DNA of 63,605 bases, counting the filler, from Octopus bimaculoides (Eukaryota), in NCBI RefSeq assembly GCF_001194135.2. It is 5 parts of 5 records of this genome, joined end to end, with 100 filler letters (N's around TTAATTAATTAA, not from the genome) between each part and the next. Parts side by side here need not be neighbours in the genome. Positions count along the whole stretch, not along the records: positions 1 to 28,977 come from NC_068986.1; 4 more parts are not named here. One strand, given 5' to 3'. Positions 10,481-23,225 of this stretch are shown in pieces. The notes under the pieces are model-generated. The model worked only from the letters and a program-made list of their open reading frames with translations. It did not search any database and was not told the origin of the DNA. Made by a program: the position numbers and the translations under genes. Positions within the stretch are counted from its first letter, which is position 1, and every line of letters begins with the position of its first letter.

Positions 10481-11189
10481 ACGTATCTATATGTTTCACG
10501 AACTTGTGAAAAATGGCGTTGTTGAATATTTGAGCTGGAATTACATTCCTATAGGCCAATTACTAGTTCATTGTATTTCCGATTGCAACAATGACAAGCG
10601 GTGCCTACGAATATGACCTTTTGAAAAGCATATATTACATCAACTGTGACATCTCTGATTGCAGCTCCGGAAGTTCGTTCCTTGATTTCATAAATGATCA
10701 ATGCAGAAAGCTCCTGTTCGAAGCGTAGATCTTGACATAATAAAAAAAAGCCGTAATAACACTCTAAAATCTAACCGGACGTTTATGAAAACGCGGCACT
10801 ACTAGAATCGATTAGATGGTCTGTATGAAAGAAAACAATAATAACAGTCAAAGAAATGGCTTGCAACAACTTCAGCAACATGTAATAACCTCATTCCCGC
10901 TCTCTTCTTCCCTCATTTTGTCAACCTCATATCTCTCTCGTTAAACAATACAACTGCGCCCACTGCGGCAAAAACAAGGTCAACGTCTTCTTGGATTTTG
11001 CAGATTGAAGTATATTGTATAAAATGTTGACGAACAATCAACAAATATCAACTGCTCTTGTGATACATTGCCACGGAATAATAATCTTCATAGTCAAAAA
11101 TATCATGAAGATTTTGTGTGTGTGTGTGTGTGTTTTGGCAATACTTAACGTGAATGGGTTTGAATTTATTATTCTAACAGTTTACCAAG

Positions 11190-11445
11190 AAGGGTCATGA
11201 TCTAGTGGTTAGGATGTTGCAATCGTAAGAGAGTGTGGTACGTTGTGTTTTTAAGCAAAGCATTTCATTTCACGATGTTCCAGTCTACTTAGCTGTAAAC
11301 GAGTAACCGTGTGACAAACAACCACCCCATTCACGGATAGTATTATGATCTCGAACACTTAGTTGCCAGAAGACCAGGTAACTGGCCCCGTTAGACCGAG
11401 GACTTGAGGCAGCAAAGTTCATGGATTGATGATAATGATCGCCAA
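11190..11445 (+). mobile_element. Degenerate tRNA-headed SINE (family D2)
   Basis: A-box-like GATCTAGTGGTTAGG, TTAAGCAAAGCATTTCATTTCAC..CCAGTCTACTTAGCTGTAAACGAGTA block, and a (GAT)n tail. Confidence 0.45.
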
Positions 11446-11596
11446 GTTATAAAGCTGTCTTTAAATTTGAAAATAGATGTTTATCGTTTGCCAACATCTA
11501 TTTTCCGAAAAAATACCGAAAAAATATATGAGATGCATGCGTGAGAAGAAGGAAAGAAATGTGTGAGAATTTAGGAAATATGCCATAACAAACACG

Positions 11597-11679
11597 TGTT
11601 GTTGTGTTGTTGGCACTCCGTCGCTTACGACGTCGAGGGTTCCAGTTGATCCGATCAACGGAACAGCCTGCTCGTGAAA
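11597..11679 (-). mobile_element. 5'-truncated SINE family A (tail only)
   Basis: GTTGTTGGCACTCCGTCGCTTACGACGTCGAGGGTTCCAGTTGATCCGATCAACGGAACAGCCTGCTCGTGAAA. Confidence 0.85.
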
Positions 11680-12091
11680 ATAGTATCTTTTTCTGCGAGA
11701 GAACAAGAGGACAAGTAACGGGGTTACTGAACAATTATTTAGGGTTTTTCGAATGGGCATAAATTTATTTGTTTTATTAATTTTGAGAGAGGAAATAAGA
11801 GAAAGAGAGAGTGAGAGAGTGAGAGAAAGAGGAGAACGAAAGAAAGAAGGAGAGAGAGGAGGAGAGACAGAGAAAGAGAGAGAGGATCTTTTCGGTTTAA
11901 TAAAACCAAATTCAATTTTAAAAAATATATTTTCTACACAAATATAGTTTTTATGCTAATTAGGGAAATCATAATTCTGTCCTTATATGCGCATGCGTTT
12001 GCGTCTGTATTTGTGTGTGTCTGGGTACATGTATGTGTGCGTGTGCGTACGTATGTCTCTATGTTAGTCATGCGTACGCACACACGCACAT

Positions 12092-12131
<40 letters not shown>

Positions 12132-12879
12132 NNNNNNNNNNNNNNNNNNNNNNNNNNNNNNNNNNNNNNNNNNNNNNNNNNNNNNNNNNNNNNNNNNNNN
12201 NNNNNNNNNNNNNNNNNNNNNNNNNNNNNNNNNNNNNNNNNNNNNNNNNNNNNNNNNNNNNNNNNNNNNNNNNNNNNNNNNNNNNNNNNNNNNNNNNNNN
12301 NNNNNNNNNNNNNNNNNNNNNNNNNNNNNNNNNNNNNNNNNNNNNNNNNNNNNNNNNNNNNNNNNNNNNNNNNNNNNNNNNNNNNNNNNNNNNNNNNNNN
12401 NNNNNNNNNNNNNNNNNNNNNNNNNNNNNNNNNNNNNNNNNNNNNNNNNNNNNTGTTTGTCCCCTCTGTGTGTAGCCCCTTGTGAGTAGTACAGAAATAA
12501 CACACACACACACACACACGAACATTATAATTTTGCTTTTGAAGAAATTAAACTAAAGAAGTTGTGATACGCTTTTTAGTTTCAACCAATCTTGATGCGG
12601 CCAGATTTATCACGCTCACTCATCATTTAAAAAAAAAAGTTGTACTTTGCAAATGACAAGCAACTAGAAATGTTACAGCAAGCAGTACTTGGATGTACCA
12701 AAGTAATTAATATGATACTTAGATTAGGGAAATGTCTCAAGGGGAAAACTCATTAAAGATACTAATATTGTGTTAGATAAAGAAACCGAGATAAGAGATA
12801 AGTTATAGAAGTACTTATGAATCAAGGAAACAAGCGTATAGTACACAAAGGAAAGTAAAGATGAGGAAGGAATATTGAT

Positions 12880-13070
12880 TTTAAATTTTGGCACTAGGCC
12901 AGCAATTTCGGGGGAGGAGATAAATCGATTACATCGATCCCAATGTTCAACTGATACTTATTTTATCGACTCCGGAAGGATGAAAGCAAGTCGACCTCAG
13001 AGGGATTTGAACACTAGACGTAAAGACGGACGAAACGCGGCAAAGCATTTTTCCCGCCACGATAACGCCT
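12880..13070 (-). mobile_element. SINE family B monomer, diverged
   Basis: GGCACTAGGCC...TCGATTACATCGATCCC...CCGGAAGGATGAAAGCAAGTCGACCTC. Confidence 0.75.
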
Positions 13071-14399
13071 TAGATAAGGAAGGGATATTAAAGATGTTAA
13101 TTTAATGCTTAAAACAGAGCTAAATAAAGTGATATACATCACTACTCCAGTTGTTCTAGTAATGAGTTTAAGTTATGATAGTTTTGATTGGATGCTAAAT
13201 GAACTTGCGAGACTAGACAGAAAAACGAGAAAAATTATGACTGCATTTAGACCACACACTCAAAATCTGACGTAGAAGATTTACCTTGAATGGTAGAGAT
13301 CCTTGGGCAATCAGAAAACTTTTGTAAAATATCCACTGTAGGACTATAAAATTATCTTGTTAAAAATTATGGAAAATTTGTACTAATGGTTACAAATCAA
13401 GAACAAAAGAAAAAAACTCTCTGTTTTCTGTGAAGGAAGCTACAACACACACACACAAAAGCTGCTGCAATGGCCGATAGATGTGGGGAAAAAAGAAAAT
13501 CAATAACCGCAAAAATGTTACAATATAAGCTAAAAATGGGGTCACAAATACCTTGATAAAACGATGACANNNNNNNNNNNNNNNNNNNNNNNNNNNNNNN
13601 NNNNNNNNNNNNNNNNNNNNNNNNNNNNNNNNNNNNNNNNNNNNNNNNNNNNNNNNNNNNNNNNNNNNNNNNNNNNNNNNNNNNNNNNNNNNNNNNNNNN
13701 NNNNNNNNNNNNNNNNNNNNNNNNNNNNNNNNNNNNNNNACACACACAAACACACAAAATTCCTGAAGTCGGCCAAAACCTGAAAAACAAATAAACAAAA
13801 TAACAAAAGGCAAAAATAAACAAAAAATGAATATAGAGGAAGTAGATAAGGAAAATTTGCAACAGCGGTAGAGAGACACAGGACTCAGAACTGAAACTTG
13901 AAGGGTTCTTTATTACAACTTAAAAGCAAAACTCAAACCAGAAACCATAAAAAAAACAACATAATGCAGTAAAATAATGTAACTGTAGAATCCGTGGCGT
14001 TGAAGAAGAAACAACCATATTCTTTTTTGCTGCTCAGTGTAAACTAAGAAAGAATATACTCACAGTCATGACAGAGCTACGACTTACTCTGTAAGTTATG
14101 CATTATAAATACTAGTAGAAAAGAGATAAACCGATATCAGAAAAAGTCGGAGAATGAGAATACCACTATACTATGGGATATGCCAATGTGCATACACAAA
14201 AACAAAAAAAATCAAGATCAAACTACCTGATAATGCTCAAGGGCCACAAGGAAACCTATGCTTTCTAATCAAAGTTACAGGTCCAGCAGATATATTTCTC
14301 TCAAGGAAATGGAGAAATTATTCAAATATAAATTACCATAAATGCGCAGAACAGCGATAATCAAAGCATTTGATGTATATATTTATTCTGAATGATCTG

Positions 14400-15673
14400 C
14401 GAGGTGATATCAAAACGTCCCCGGACTAGTTTTGTTTGATGAAAAATAACTTTTCTACCTGAGTTTTAACATCACCTCCTTCGAAATAGTCACCTTGCGC
14501 AGCAATACATCAGTCCCAGCGTTCCTTCCTTTTTTGGAATCCAGCTTTCCGTAAGCTTGTCGAGGACCTCCTGCGACTCGCTCAACGGTGTTGAAATGGC
14601 GACCTTTGGGGAAGCAATGTAAGTCCGAAGGTGCAAAATCTGGCGAATAGGGTGGGTGCCGAAGCGATACTATGTTGTTTTTGGCGGGAAACTCATGACT
14701 GAAGTGAACTCGGTGACAGGGTGCATTGTCTTAGTGAAGAATCTAATTCTTCACGCTTCAGAGATTCGGCCGCTTGCACCGAATGTCCTCCCGCAAATGC
14801 TTCAAAACGTTGCAATAGAATTCTCGGTTGACGGTCTAGCCCTGGGGAATGAATTCTCGACGCACAATACCATGATGTAGAAAAAAAAAAAAAAAAACCG
14901 ATTAGTATGCTCTTGGTTGAGCTGCGGCTCTGTCATGTTCCCTTTGGTCGTGGAGACGATGGCCTTTTCTATTGTGACGATTGCTGCTTCGTCCCAAGGT
15001 CGTCCACGTAAACCCAACACTCGTCACTGGTGATGATTCTCGACACGAAGGGTGGGTCATCAGCGGCACGCTGACATAGATCTTGACAGATTTCGATGCG
15101 ATGTTCGTTCTGCTCAGTAGTTTTGCAGGCGGAGGACAAACTTGTCACAGGCACGCCGCATGTTCGATTCAGACGTTAGGATTGCCTGCACGGATTCATA
15201 CGACAGACTAACAACATCAGCAATGTTGTTCATTGTCCTCCTTCGATCCCCATGCGCACGCTGATGAATTTTCTCCACATTTCTGGGGTTGTCGCTCGTG
15301 GCGGGTCTTTCACATCGCTCATCGTCTTCCAGGGACGTTCTTCTGCGTTTGAAGCAGCTGTGCCTCTCGAAACATTGCCTACGATCCATTACCTTGTCGC
15401 CGTAAGCTTGCCGAAGCATGCTCAATGTCTCTGTAACAGACTTCCCACGTTTAACGCAAAATTTTACGTTAAATCGCATGACAAAATCGCAGACTACAGC
15501 AAACAGGTAATCACAAAAAAACAAAATTCATAACTCGCGAAGTAAACACAACGATGTCACTCGACACATTGCTTCATGAAGGTTACTGCTAGCTTTCACT
15601 ACGCACGCAGTCGTGTGCTGTCATCTGTTGGCGCGCTACAGAACTAGTCCAGGAACATTTTGATACCTCCTAG
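14400..15673 (-). mobile_element. Decayed Tc1/mariner transposon
   Basis: TIRs CGAGGTGATATCAAAACGTCCCCGGACTAG and CTAGTCCAGGAACATTTTGATACCTCCTAG-TA. Minus frames give VKFCVKRGKSVTETLSMLRQAYGD, RIITSDECWVY...TKQQSSQ and HPPYSPDFAPSD (mariner WVPxxL / YSPDLAP family motifs). Confidence 0.9.
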
Positions 15674-16575
15674 TATACATGTATTGTTAATGCAAATGGA
15701 AATTTATTATCGGTTCAGCAGACAGCAACACGCATCAGCTAACAGTTTGTTTGCTGTATTCTATAAACAAGATACTTTACTCTTGTTTAGGTTTGTTGAT
15801 CTGGGGGATCTTTGACAGAAGCGACTCAATCAAGTCGAAATACCTTGGTGTTTCGAAGTCTACTTATATCAATGAATCGAGTGTGCTATGAATAAGCATC
15901 ATCTGAAAAGTGGTATTGTCCGAAGACGAAATATAACCGTGATTAACATATTCACTTTCGAACCCGCTGAAACGTATCGAAAGTGAATTTATACATCAAA
16001 TATCTCAATATAAAGATGTGGAAATAGAGATAAGCTATATGAGAGCTGAAAATACAAATAATTCTTATAATAAGTGCTTTGGGAATGATAAAAAATTTAG
16101 CATGCAACTAGTGCACACCTGGAAAATCCATGAATTACCTATATACAGAACGCAGAAAAATCTTTTCTTATGCACCGTACACATCTTGCGTATAGCACTG
16201 TTAATAAGGTAAAAATAACAAAATCTAAAGCCACAGAGCAAACACAAGGCATAAAGAGCTACGCATGGTAGTGCAGTAAAGCACACAATAAAAATAAAAC
16301 TAATGAAAATGATAATAGTATAGCGAGTTTGTACACGAAACTTCATTTTAAAACCATTGCTTAGCAATATCAGGATTCATAGTTCAACTGTTGTTGCTCA
16401 TGGTTTGAGTCATTTTAGCCTCTGCTCTACATACATAAACATAGAAAGCAACTACTGGTCCAGACCACGTTTCATATCTTCACTGTGAAGTGTTTTAAGC
16501 TATATATTTAAGGTACCATATATTAAAGTATATTAAGGTACCATATATTTAAGGTACCTACGCACATGCATACAT

Positions 16576-16967
16576 TTGTTGTTGTTGTTGGCACTCCGTC
16601 GCTTACGACGTCGAGGGTTCCAGTTGATCCGATCAACAGAACAGCCTGCTCTTGAAATTAACGTGCACGTGGCTGAGCACTCCACGGACACGTGTACCCA
16701 TAACGTAGTTTTCGGGGATATTCAGTGTGACACAGTGTGACAAGGCTGACCCTTTGAATTACAGGCACAACAGAAACAGGAAGTAAGAGTGAGAGAAAGT
16801 TGTTGTGAAAGAGTACAGCAGGGTTCGCCACCATCCCCTGCCGGAGCCTCGTGGAGCTTTAGGTGTTTTCGCTCAATAAACACTCACAACGCCCGGTCAG
16901 GGAATCGAAACCGCGATCCTATGACCGCGAATCCGCTGCCCTAACCACTGGGCCATTGCGCCTCCAC
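16576..16967 (-). mobile_element. SINE family A, full length
   Basis: A and B boxes, (CAA)n tail, and TSD-like CATGCATACAT at 16565-16575 and 16973-16983 inside a TACA tract. Confidence 0.92.
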
Positions 16968-16994
16968 CCATGCATGCATACATACATACATACA

Positions 16995-17025
<31 letters not shown>

Positions 17026-17254
17026 TGCTGGATTGTGTAATCAAGGTATCTGAGGAAGTGAATGAACAGTAATATTTTTACATATACTGCATGTATTTCA
17101 TAACTTTATACCTGGTGAGGAATATTAAACGTTCGTTTACGGAAAGGAGCGTAACATCGATTTGACTTCTTTCCTTTATTAAATTAATCATTATCCACTC
17201 TGTAAGGCTCATAACATGTCTACTGGATCATACTTTAGATTCCCGAAGTGCTCC

Positions 17255-17644
17255 CTTTTACTCTTTTACTCTTTTACTTGTTTCAATCATCTGACTGTGG
17301 CCATGCTGGAACACCGCCTTTAGTCGAACAAATCCACCCCTGAATTTATTCTTTGTAAGCCTAGTACTTATTTTATCGGTCTCTTTGCCGAACCGCTAAG
17401 TTACGTGGACGTAAGCTCACCAGCATCGGTTGTCAAGCGATGGTGGGGAGACAAACACAGAAACACAAGCATACACATACGCATTCAGACACACACATAC
17501 ACACATGCATATATGTATATATACGACAGGCTTCTTTTCAGTTTCCGTCGACCAAGCAGAAGGCACTTGCCCAAGGTGCCACGCAGTGGAATAAACCCAG
17601 AACCATGTGGTTGGTAAGTAAGCTACTTACCACATAGCCACTCC
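17255..17644 (-). mobile_element. SINE family C, near full length
   Basis: Head GGAGTGGCTATGTGGTAAG, CCTTGGGCAAGTG, internal TA/TG tract, and (AAAAGAGT)n tail. Confidence 0.9.
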
Positions 17645-18594
17645 GGACCATTTTTTTTGTTGACGTATAACTGATATTCTTAGGTTAACCAGATGCCTAC
17701 ATGCAGTGGTGATGAGGTGATCGCCCGGATTATACTTATCCAATTATTATAGATATATGCATACATACATGTTGAAATTCTGTTTCCTTCTCTATTGGCA
17801 AGGAATCTTGAAATAAATAATGACATNNNNNNNNNNNNNNNNNNNNNNNNNNNNNNNNNNNNNNNNNNNNNNNNNNNNNNNNNNNNNNNNNNNNNNNNNN
17901 NNNNNNNNNNNNNNNNNNNNNNNNNNNNNNNNNNNNNNNNNNNNNNNNNNNNNNNNNNNNNNNNNNNNNNNNNNNNNNNNNNNNNNNNNNNNNNNNNNNN
18001 NNNNNNNNNNNNNNNNNNNNNNNNNNNNNNNNNNNNNNNNNNNNNNNNNNNNNNNNNNNNNNNNNNNNNNNNNNNNNNNNNNNNNNNNNNNNNNNNNNNN
18101 NNNNNNNNNNNNNNNNNNNNNNNNNNNNNNNNNNNNNNNNNNNNNNNNNNNNNNNNNNNNNNNNNNNNNNNNNNNNNNNNNNNNNNNNNNNNNNNNNNNN
18201 NNNNNNNNNNNNNNNNNNNNNNNNNNNNNNNNNNNNNNNNNNNNNNNNNNNNNNNNNNNNNNNNNNNNNNNNNNNNNNNNNNNNNNNNNNNNNNNNNNNN
18301 NNNNNTATATATATATATATATATATTTTATATATATGCATACATCTATATATATATTCCTCTGGAAGGCGTTCGTCAAGCCTCTGTGAAATTTGTATTT
18401 GTATGCATGTGTTATGCTATTTTGTACTAAACAACAGATTGCACGCAATTAATGGATAAGGATGGTGTGAGAAAGACCAGAGATGAGACAGGAACAGCAG
18501 AGTGTCAGAATGAATAGAGAGAGTGTGAGGGTGAGAACTGGAAAATTGGGGCAAAGAATGGATCATAGTTAGGTTGAATTGTTTATTGGCCTTT

Positions 18595-18814
18595 ACACAT
18601 ACATACATACATACATACATGCATAAATACATGTATATATGCATACATATATGCATTCATATCTACACATATACACTGATGAATATACACAAACTTACGC
18701 ACTCAGCACCTACAGCCACATTCACACATTCATAGACAACTACGTACAGATATTTTGGATGTATGTATGTATGTATGTATGTATGTATGTATGTGTGTAT
18801 GTATGTATGTATGT

Positions 18815-18846
<32 letters not shown>

Positions 18847-19060
18847 CTCTGTGTGTATGTGTATGCATATTCATGTCTATGTATCCATTTCCGCACGCAT
18901 AATTACACGCAAGTACAAACATACGTACATAGAAATACATGCAACACAGGCATTTAGACCTTTTAAGCTTTGTTAAAGCGCACAATTATACGTACGCGCG
19001 CCTACGCAACACGCACGCACACACACACTCACACACACACACAGAGACACTCACACACAC
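18595..19060. repeat. (TACA)n / (TATG)n / (TG)n / (CA)n cluster
   Basis: Direct reading. Confidence 0.9.
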
Positions 19061-20019
19061 ATTAAAACATACGGACATAAGCTAACACACCGACGTTGCT
19101 GTGCTTGTGATAGTAATATGTCAGAGAGACATAACCATATATAGAAATCCGTTGACGTTGGTATAAAAACGAATTCACTGAAACTGCCCTGTCAGTACAT
19201 TTCATACACTTTTTAGGCATCATTTGTCCCACTATATCACCAGTTAAAATGTCAATGTCATTAAGGAAATTTATGTTCTCCATAAATCTTGTATCTTTGG
19301 GATTTTTCTTGCTGATATTGTTTCAATGTATAGTCACGTTGGCAGAAGCTAAGGTAGGTTGATTCTAAGTTCATATATTACATTTCAAATATATAGATAA
19401 AACAACTTTTCTCACTCCATAATACTCTATTAACCTCCATTTCTCTCCAGAATCCCGTTAGGATATTACATTTTTTGTCAGTCTTTATGTCTTAGCTTCA
19501 GCTTGTAATGTGGAGTCTTTTTCCAGAATATAGTTCCCCTAAAATTAGGTGTTTCAAAATCCCTTTATCATACGAGCTACGTCACTTATTCATTTCATTT
19601 TGCTATATCGTAAGAAAGCTTCTATGTTCAAAGTATTCATTAATTCTAGAATCCCAACATCACTCCGATTGTCTCTACAATTTGTTAAAGAAACTTTTAT
19701 TGAAAACTTTCCAACTGTCTAAGATGACTTAAATACAATGTCCATGTTTTAAAGCCACACAAGAAACAGGCAAAATACGTTTTGAAAATAGGTAATTTAG
19801 TGTCATTTCATATACAATAGTGAAAGTTTAGTGAAGATTGTATTTTCCAAAAGATTTCCACCACCTTCGAATTCTATCTGCAAATCATCTTCATGATTCG
19901 CATTCTTGTTTTTCTTACATATTTGAAGTTTTGATAAGTTTAGCAGATCGTATTTGATGGTATATATGAAGTACTATCTCTCTCTCCCCCCTCTCTCTTC
20001 CCTCCCTATCTCTCTCTCT

Positions 20020-21518
20020 CAAATGTCCCAAACAATCACCCCTGAATTACATGCTTTAAAAAATACCATATTTACAATTGACGGATAGGTGTCCTCATCT
20101 TGTTTGTTGCTATCACAACGTTTCGGCTGATGTACTCTCCAGCCTTCATCAGGTGTTCTGGTGGAATTTCGAATCCAGCCATTTATTTGACTAGTGGGGT
20201 ACACTGTTCTCATTACTAAGGTATGTTGCTAATGTTATTTTTCTGCTGATATTATATTGATTGAACTGAGAATCCGAGGGTTAGTAGCTCGCACTCTTGT
20301 CCACTATGCTATATGCCTGTGGACAATTATAGAGTGAATTTTAGGGTCTATAAACCTAGTACTTTATCTTTTCTTTATACTGGTTCCTATATTACATTAA
20401 TATCTGCACTAGGTTTGCTTAGGAGGTTGTGTCCTAGCATATGTGCTGCCTCTTAATTTTCGTATTTTCCAGTGGTGTTCTCTGTCGATTATTTTAACTT
20501 CATCCTACAGCGGGATGTGGTCTCCGTTTTTCCAGACATGATCAGCCATGCCTGACATCTCCGCATGTCACAAATTTACGATGTTCCTCTACTCTTACTT
20601 TAAGGGGACGGCATGTTTCACCTTTGTATAAACTACCATAACTGCATAGGATAGAGTACACGCAATTTTTGGTCATAATCTCTTCTATGGGTGGTTTTAC
20701 TCGGAGAAGATATTTGCAAAGTCTTTTCCGAGAGGCCTTTGACACAGGGTAGACAGGTAGACTCTCTTCTTCCTAATTGTGGTGGATAATATGTTATTTG
20801 GGTAGTTGTTGCATAGCAAATTGTTTCTTAGCCTGATCATTTCTTCCTGGTGTGTATCAGGATCATTAGTTAAGATCTTTGCTCGATGTTTTAGACACTG
20901 CGCAATCTCTCTTTTTATACTGTAAGGATGGTGGGAATTGAAGTTGAGATATTGCCCAGTGAAGGTAGCTTGCGGTATACGGGTATCCTGAATCCATACT
21001 TGGTTCGTGTTATTAATACGCCCTGGAATACTAGCTGATTGTCTTTTTCTTTTTCCATTGTGAACTGTATGGATGGCTTTATTGAGTTCACATGATCTAA
21101 CAGCACTTGGACATCTTCCTGGTGCGGCCAGAGTACGAAGGTGTCATCAACATATCGCAGCCATAGGGTTGGCTTTAGTAGTGTTGATCCTAAAGCCAAA
21201 TTCTCAAAGTATTCCATGTATGTATTGGCTATTATCGGTGATAATGGGGAACCCTTAGCTAAACCCTCTTCTTGTCGATAGATTTTAGTATCTACTCTGA
21301 AGTAGGTAGTTTCTACGCAACAAGTCAACATTTCCATCAATTTTTCTATTGGTATACTAGTACATTCTTTTAGAGAGGTATCCGTCTCTAGTTTGTCTTG
21401 AATCACTGATAGTGCTTCATTAGTTGGGACTTTGTTAAACAGTCTTATCACATCTAGACTAAACATCTGGTTGGATCCTATGGGAGTATCCTTGATCGAT
21501 TCTGTGAAGTGAGTAACT
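20020..21518 (-). mobile_element. 5'-truncated Penelope-like retroelement (RT, thumb, GIY-YIG, terminal repeat with hammerhead)
   Basis: SLDVIRLFNKVP, QEEGLAKGSPLSPIIAN, WLRYVDDTF, HVNSIKPSIQFTMEKE. After a frameshift: TGQYLNFNSHHP...NNYP, LPCVKGLSEK, NCVYSILCSYGSLYKGETCRPLKVRVEEH, ADHVWKNGDH...VKIIDRE. Confidence 0.92.
20114..20155 (-). ncRNA. Minimal type-I hammerhead ribozyme motif in the Penelope terminal repeat
   Basis: Minus strand reads CAC-CUGAUGA-A-GGCUG-gagaguacau-CAGCC-GAAAC-GUU-GUG: intact core and AACGUU palindrome. Confidence 0.75.
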
Positions 21519-22109
21519 GTGTGGTAAGTAGCTTGCTTACCAACCACATGGTTCTGGGTTCATTCCCACTGCGTGGCACCTTGGGCAAGTGTCTTCTACT
21601 ATAGTCTCGGGCCGACCAAAGCCTTGTGAGTGGATTTGGTAGACGGAAAACTAAAAGAAGCCCGTCGTATATATGTATATATATATATATATNNNNNNNN
21701 NNNNNNNNNNNNNNNNNNNNNNNNNNNNNNNNNNNNNNNNNNNNNNNNNNNNNNNNNNNNNNNNNNNNNNNNNNNNNNNNNNNNNNNNNNNNNNNNNNNN
21801 NNNNNNNNNNNNNNNNNNNNNNNNNNNNNNNNNNNNNNNNNNNNNNNNNNNNNNNNNNNNNNNNNNNNNNNNNNNNNNNNNNNNNNNNNNNNNNNNNNNN
21901 NNNNNNNNNNNNNNNNNNNNNNNNNNNNNACAACCGATGCTGGTGTAATTATGTCCCCGTAACTTAGCGGTTCGGCAAAAGAGACCGATAGAATAAGTAC
22001 TAAGCTTCCAAAGAATAAGTCCTGGGTCGATTTTCTCGACTAAAGGCGGTGCTCCAGCATGGCCACAGTCAAATGACTGAAACAAGTAAAAGAGTAAAGA
22101 GTAAAGAGT
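21519..22109 (+). mobile_element. SINE family C with gapped internal microsatellite
   Basis: Head and core, then (TA)n, a gap, the 3' half, and an (AAAGAGT)n tail. Confidence 0.92.
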
Positions 22110-22149
22110 GTACTATGCTGACTTATCTGATATGGGTAATAACCAGTAA

Positions 22150-22667
22150 CACCAGTAAGAAGTGGTAATCATGTTCTATGGACGTGTCTCTTGAGGCCTG
22201 CTGGTACCTTGCAAACTTTTAGGCAAATGGAAGAAGTTGAGGACTCAGTTTGTTGGAGTGCTTGTGGATCATTTACTATGTGTTTTCTTGAGCGGACGGC
22301 AAAGCCTGCTTTGCTTCGTGCCACGAAACCACAATGACGGGAGCAGCGTTTTGCCAGCGTGCTTTCATGCTTGCACAAAGTTGGTCTCGATGCTGGAGTC
22401 GACTTTGCTCAAGTCTTTGAGCTGAGAAGCAGGATTTGCGCCTGGTCCTGCGTTCTGATACTTTGTTCTCCTTGGAAGAAAAGGGAATGTTCATCGCTTC
22501 TGATTGTTTTTTTAGTTAGTCTTTGAAGCGCAAGAGCGGCCTTCAAACTGATCTTCCTCTTGGGAATTGGCTAAAGAGAAGTTGCTCCGGAATTCTGATA
22601 TCACACATATTTGAGGGATAACCTGACCATTTAAGCTGTATCATGATGTGGATGGTTTCAATACCTG
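22150..22667 (-). mobile_element. RTE-clade LINE ORF2 C-terminal remnant
   Basis: QLKWSGYPSNMCDIRIPEQLLFSQFPRGRSV*RPLLRFKD*LKK...NIP...EQSR, then CSRHCGFVARSKAGFAVRSRKH and ICLKVCKVPAGLKRHVHRT*. Confidence 0.8.
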
Positions 22668-23169
22668 ATATATATATATATATATATATATATANNNNNN
22701 NNNNNNNNNNNNNNNNNNNNNNNNNNNNNNNNNNNNNNNNNNNNNNNNNNNNNNNNNNNNNNNNNNNNNNNNNNNNNNNNNNNNNNNNNNNNNNNNNNNN
22801 NNNNNNNNNNNNNNNNNNNNNNNNNNNNNNNNNNNNNNNNNNNNNNNNNNNNNNNNNNNNNNNNNNNNNNNNNNNNNNNNNNNNNNNNNNNNNNNNNNNN
22901 NNNNNNNNNNNNNNNNNNNNNNNNNNNNNNNNNNNNNNNNNNNNNNNNNNNNNNNNNNNNNNNNNNNNNNNNNNNNNNNNNNNNNNNNNNNNNNNNNNNN
23001 NNNNNNNNNNNNNNNNNNNNNNNNNNNNNNNNNNNNNNNNNNNNNNNNNNNNNNNNNNNNNNNNNNNNNNNNNNNNNNNNNNNNNNNNNNNNNNNNNNNN
23101 NNNNNNNNNNNNNNNNNNNNNNNNNNNNNNNNNNNNNNNNNNNNNNNNNNNNNNNNNNNNNNNNNNNNN

Positions 23170-23225
<56 letters not shown>

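Noticed and set aside
10560-10740. Stop-free stretches on both strands (SGAYEYDLLKSIYYINCD...)
   Set aside because: No recognisable domain and no convincing splice-site pair.
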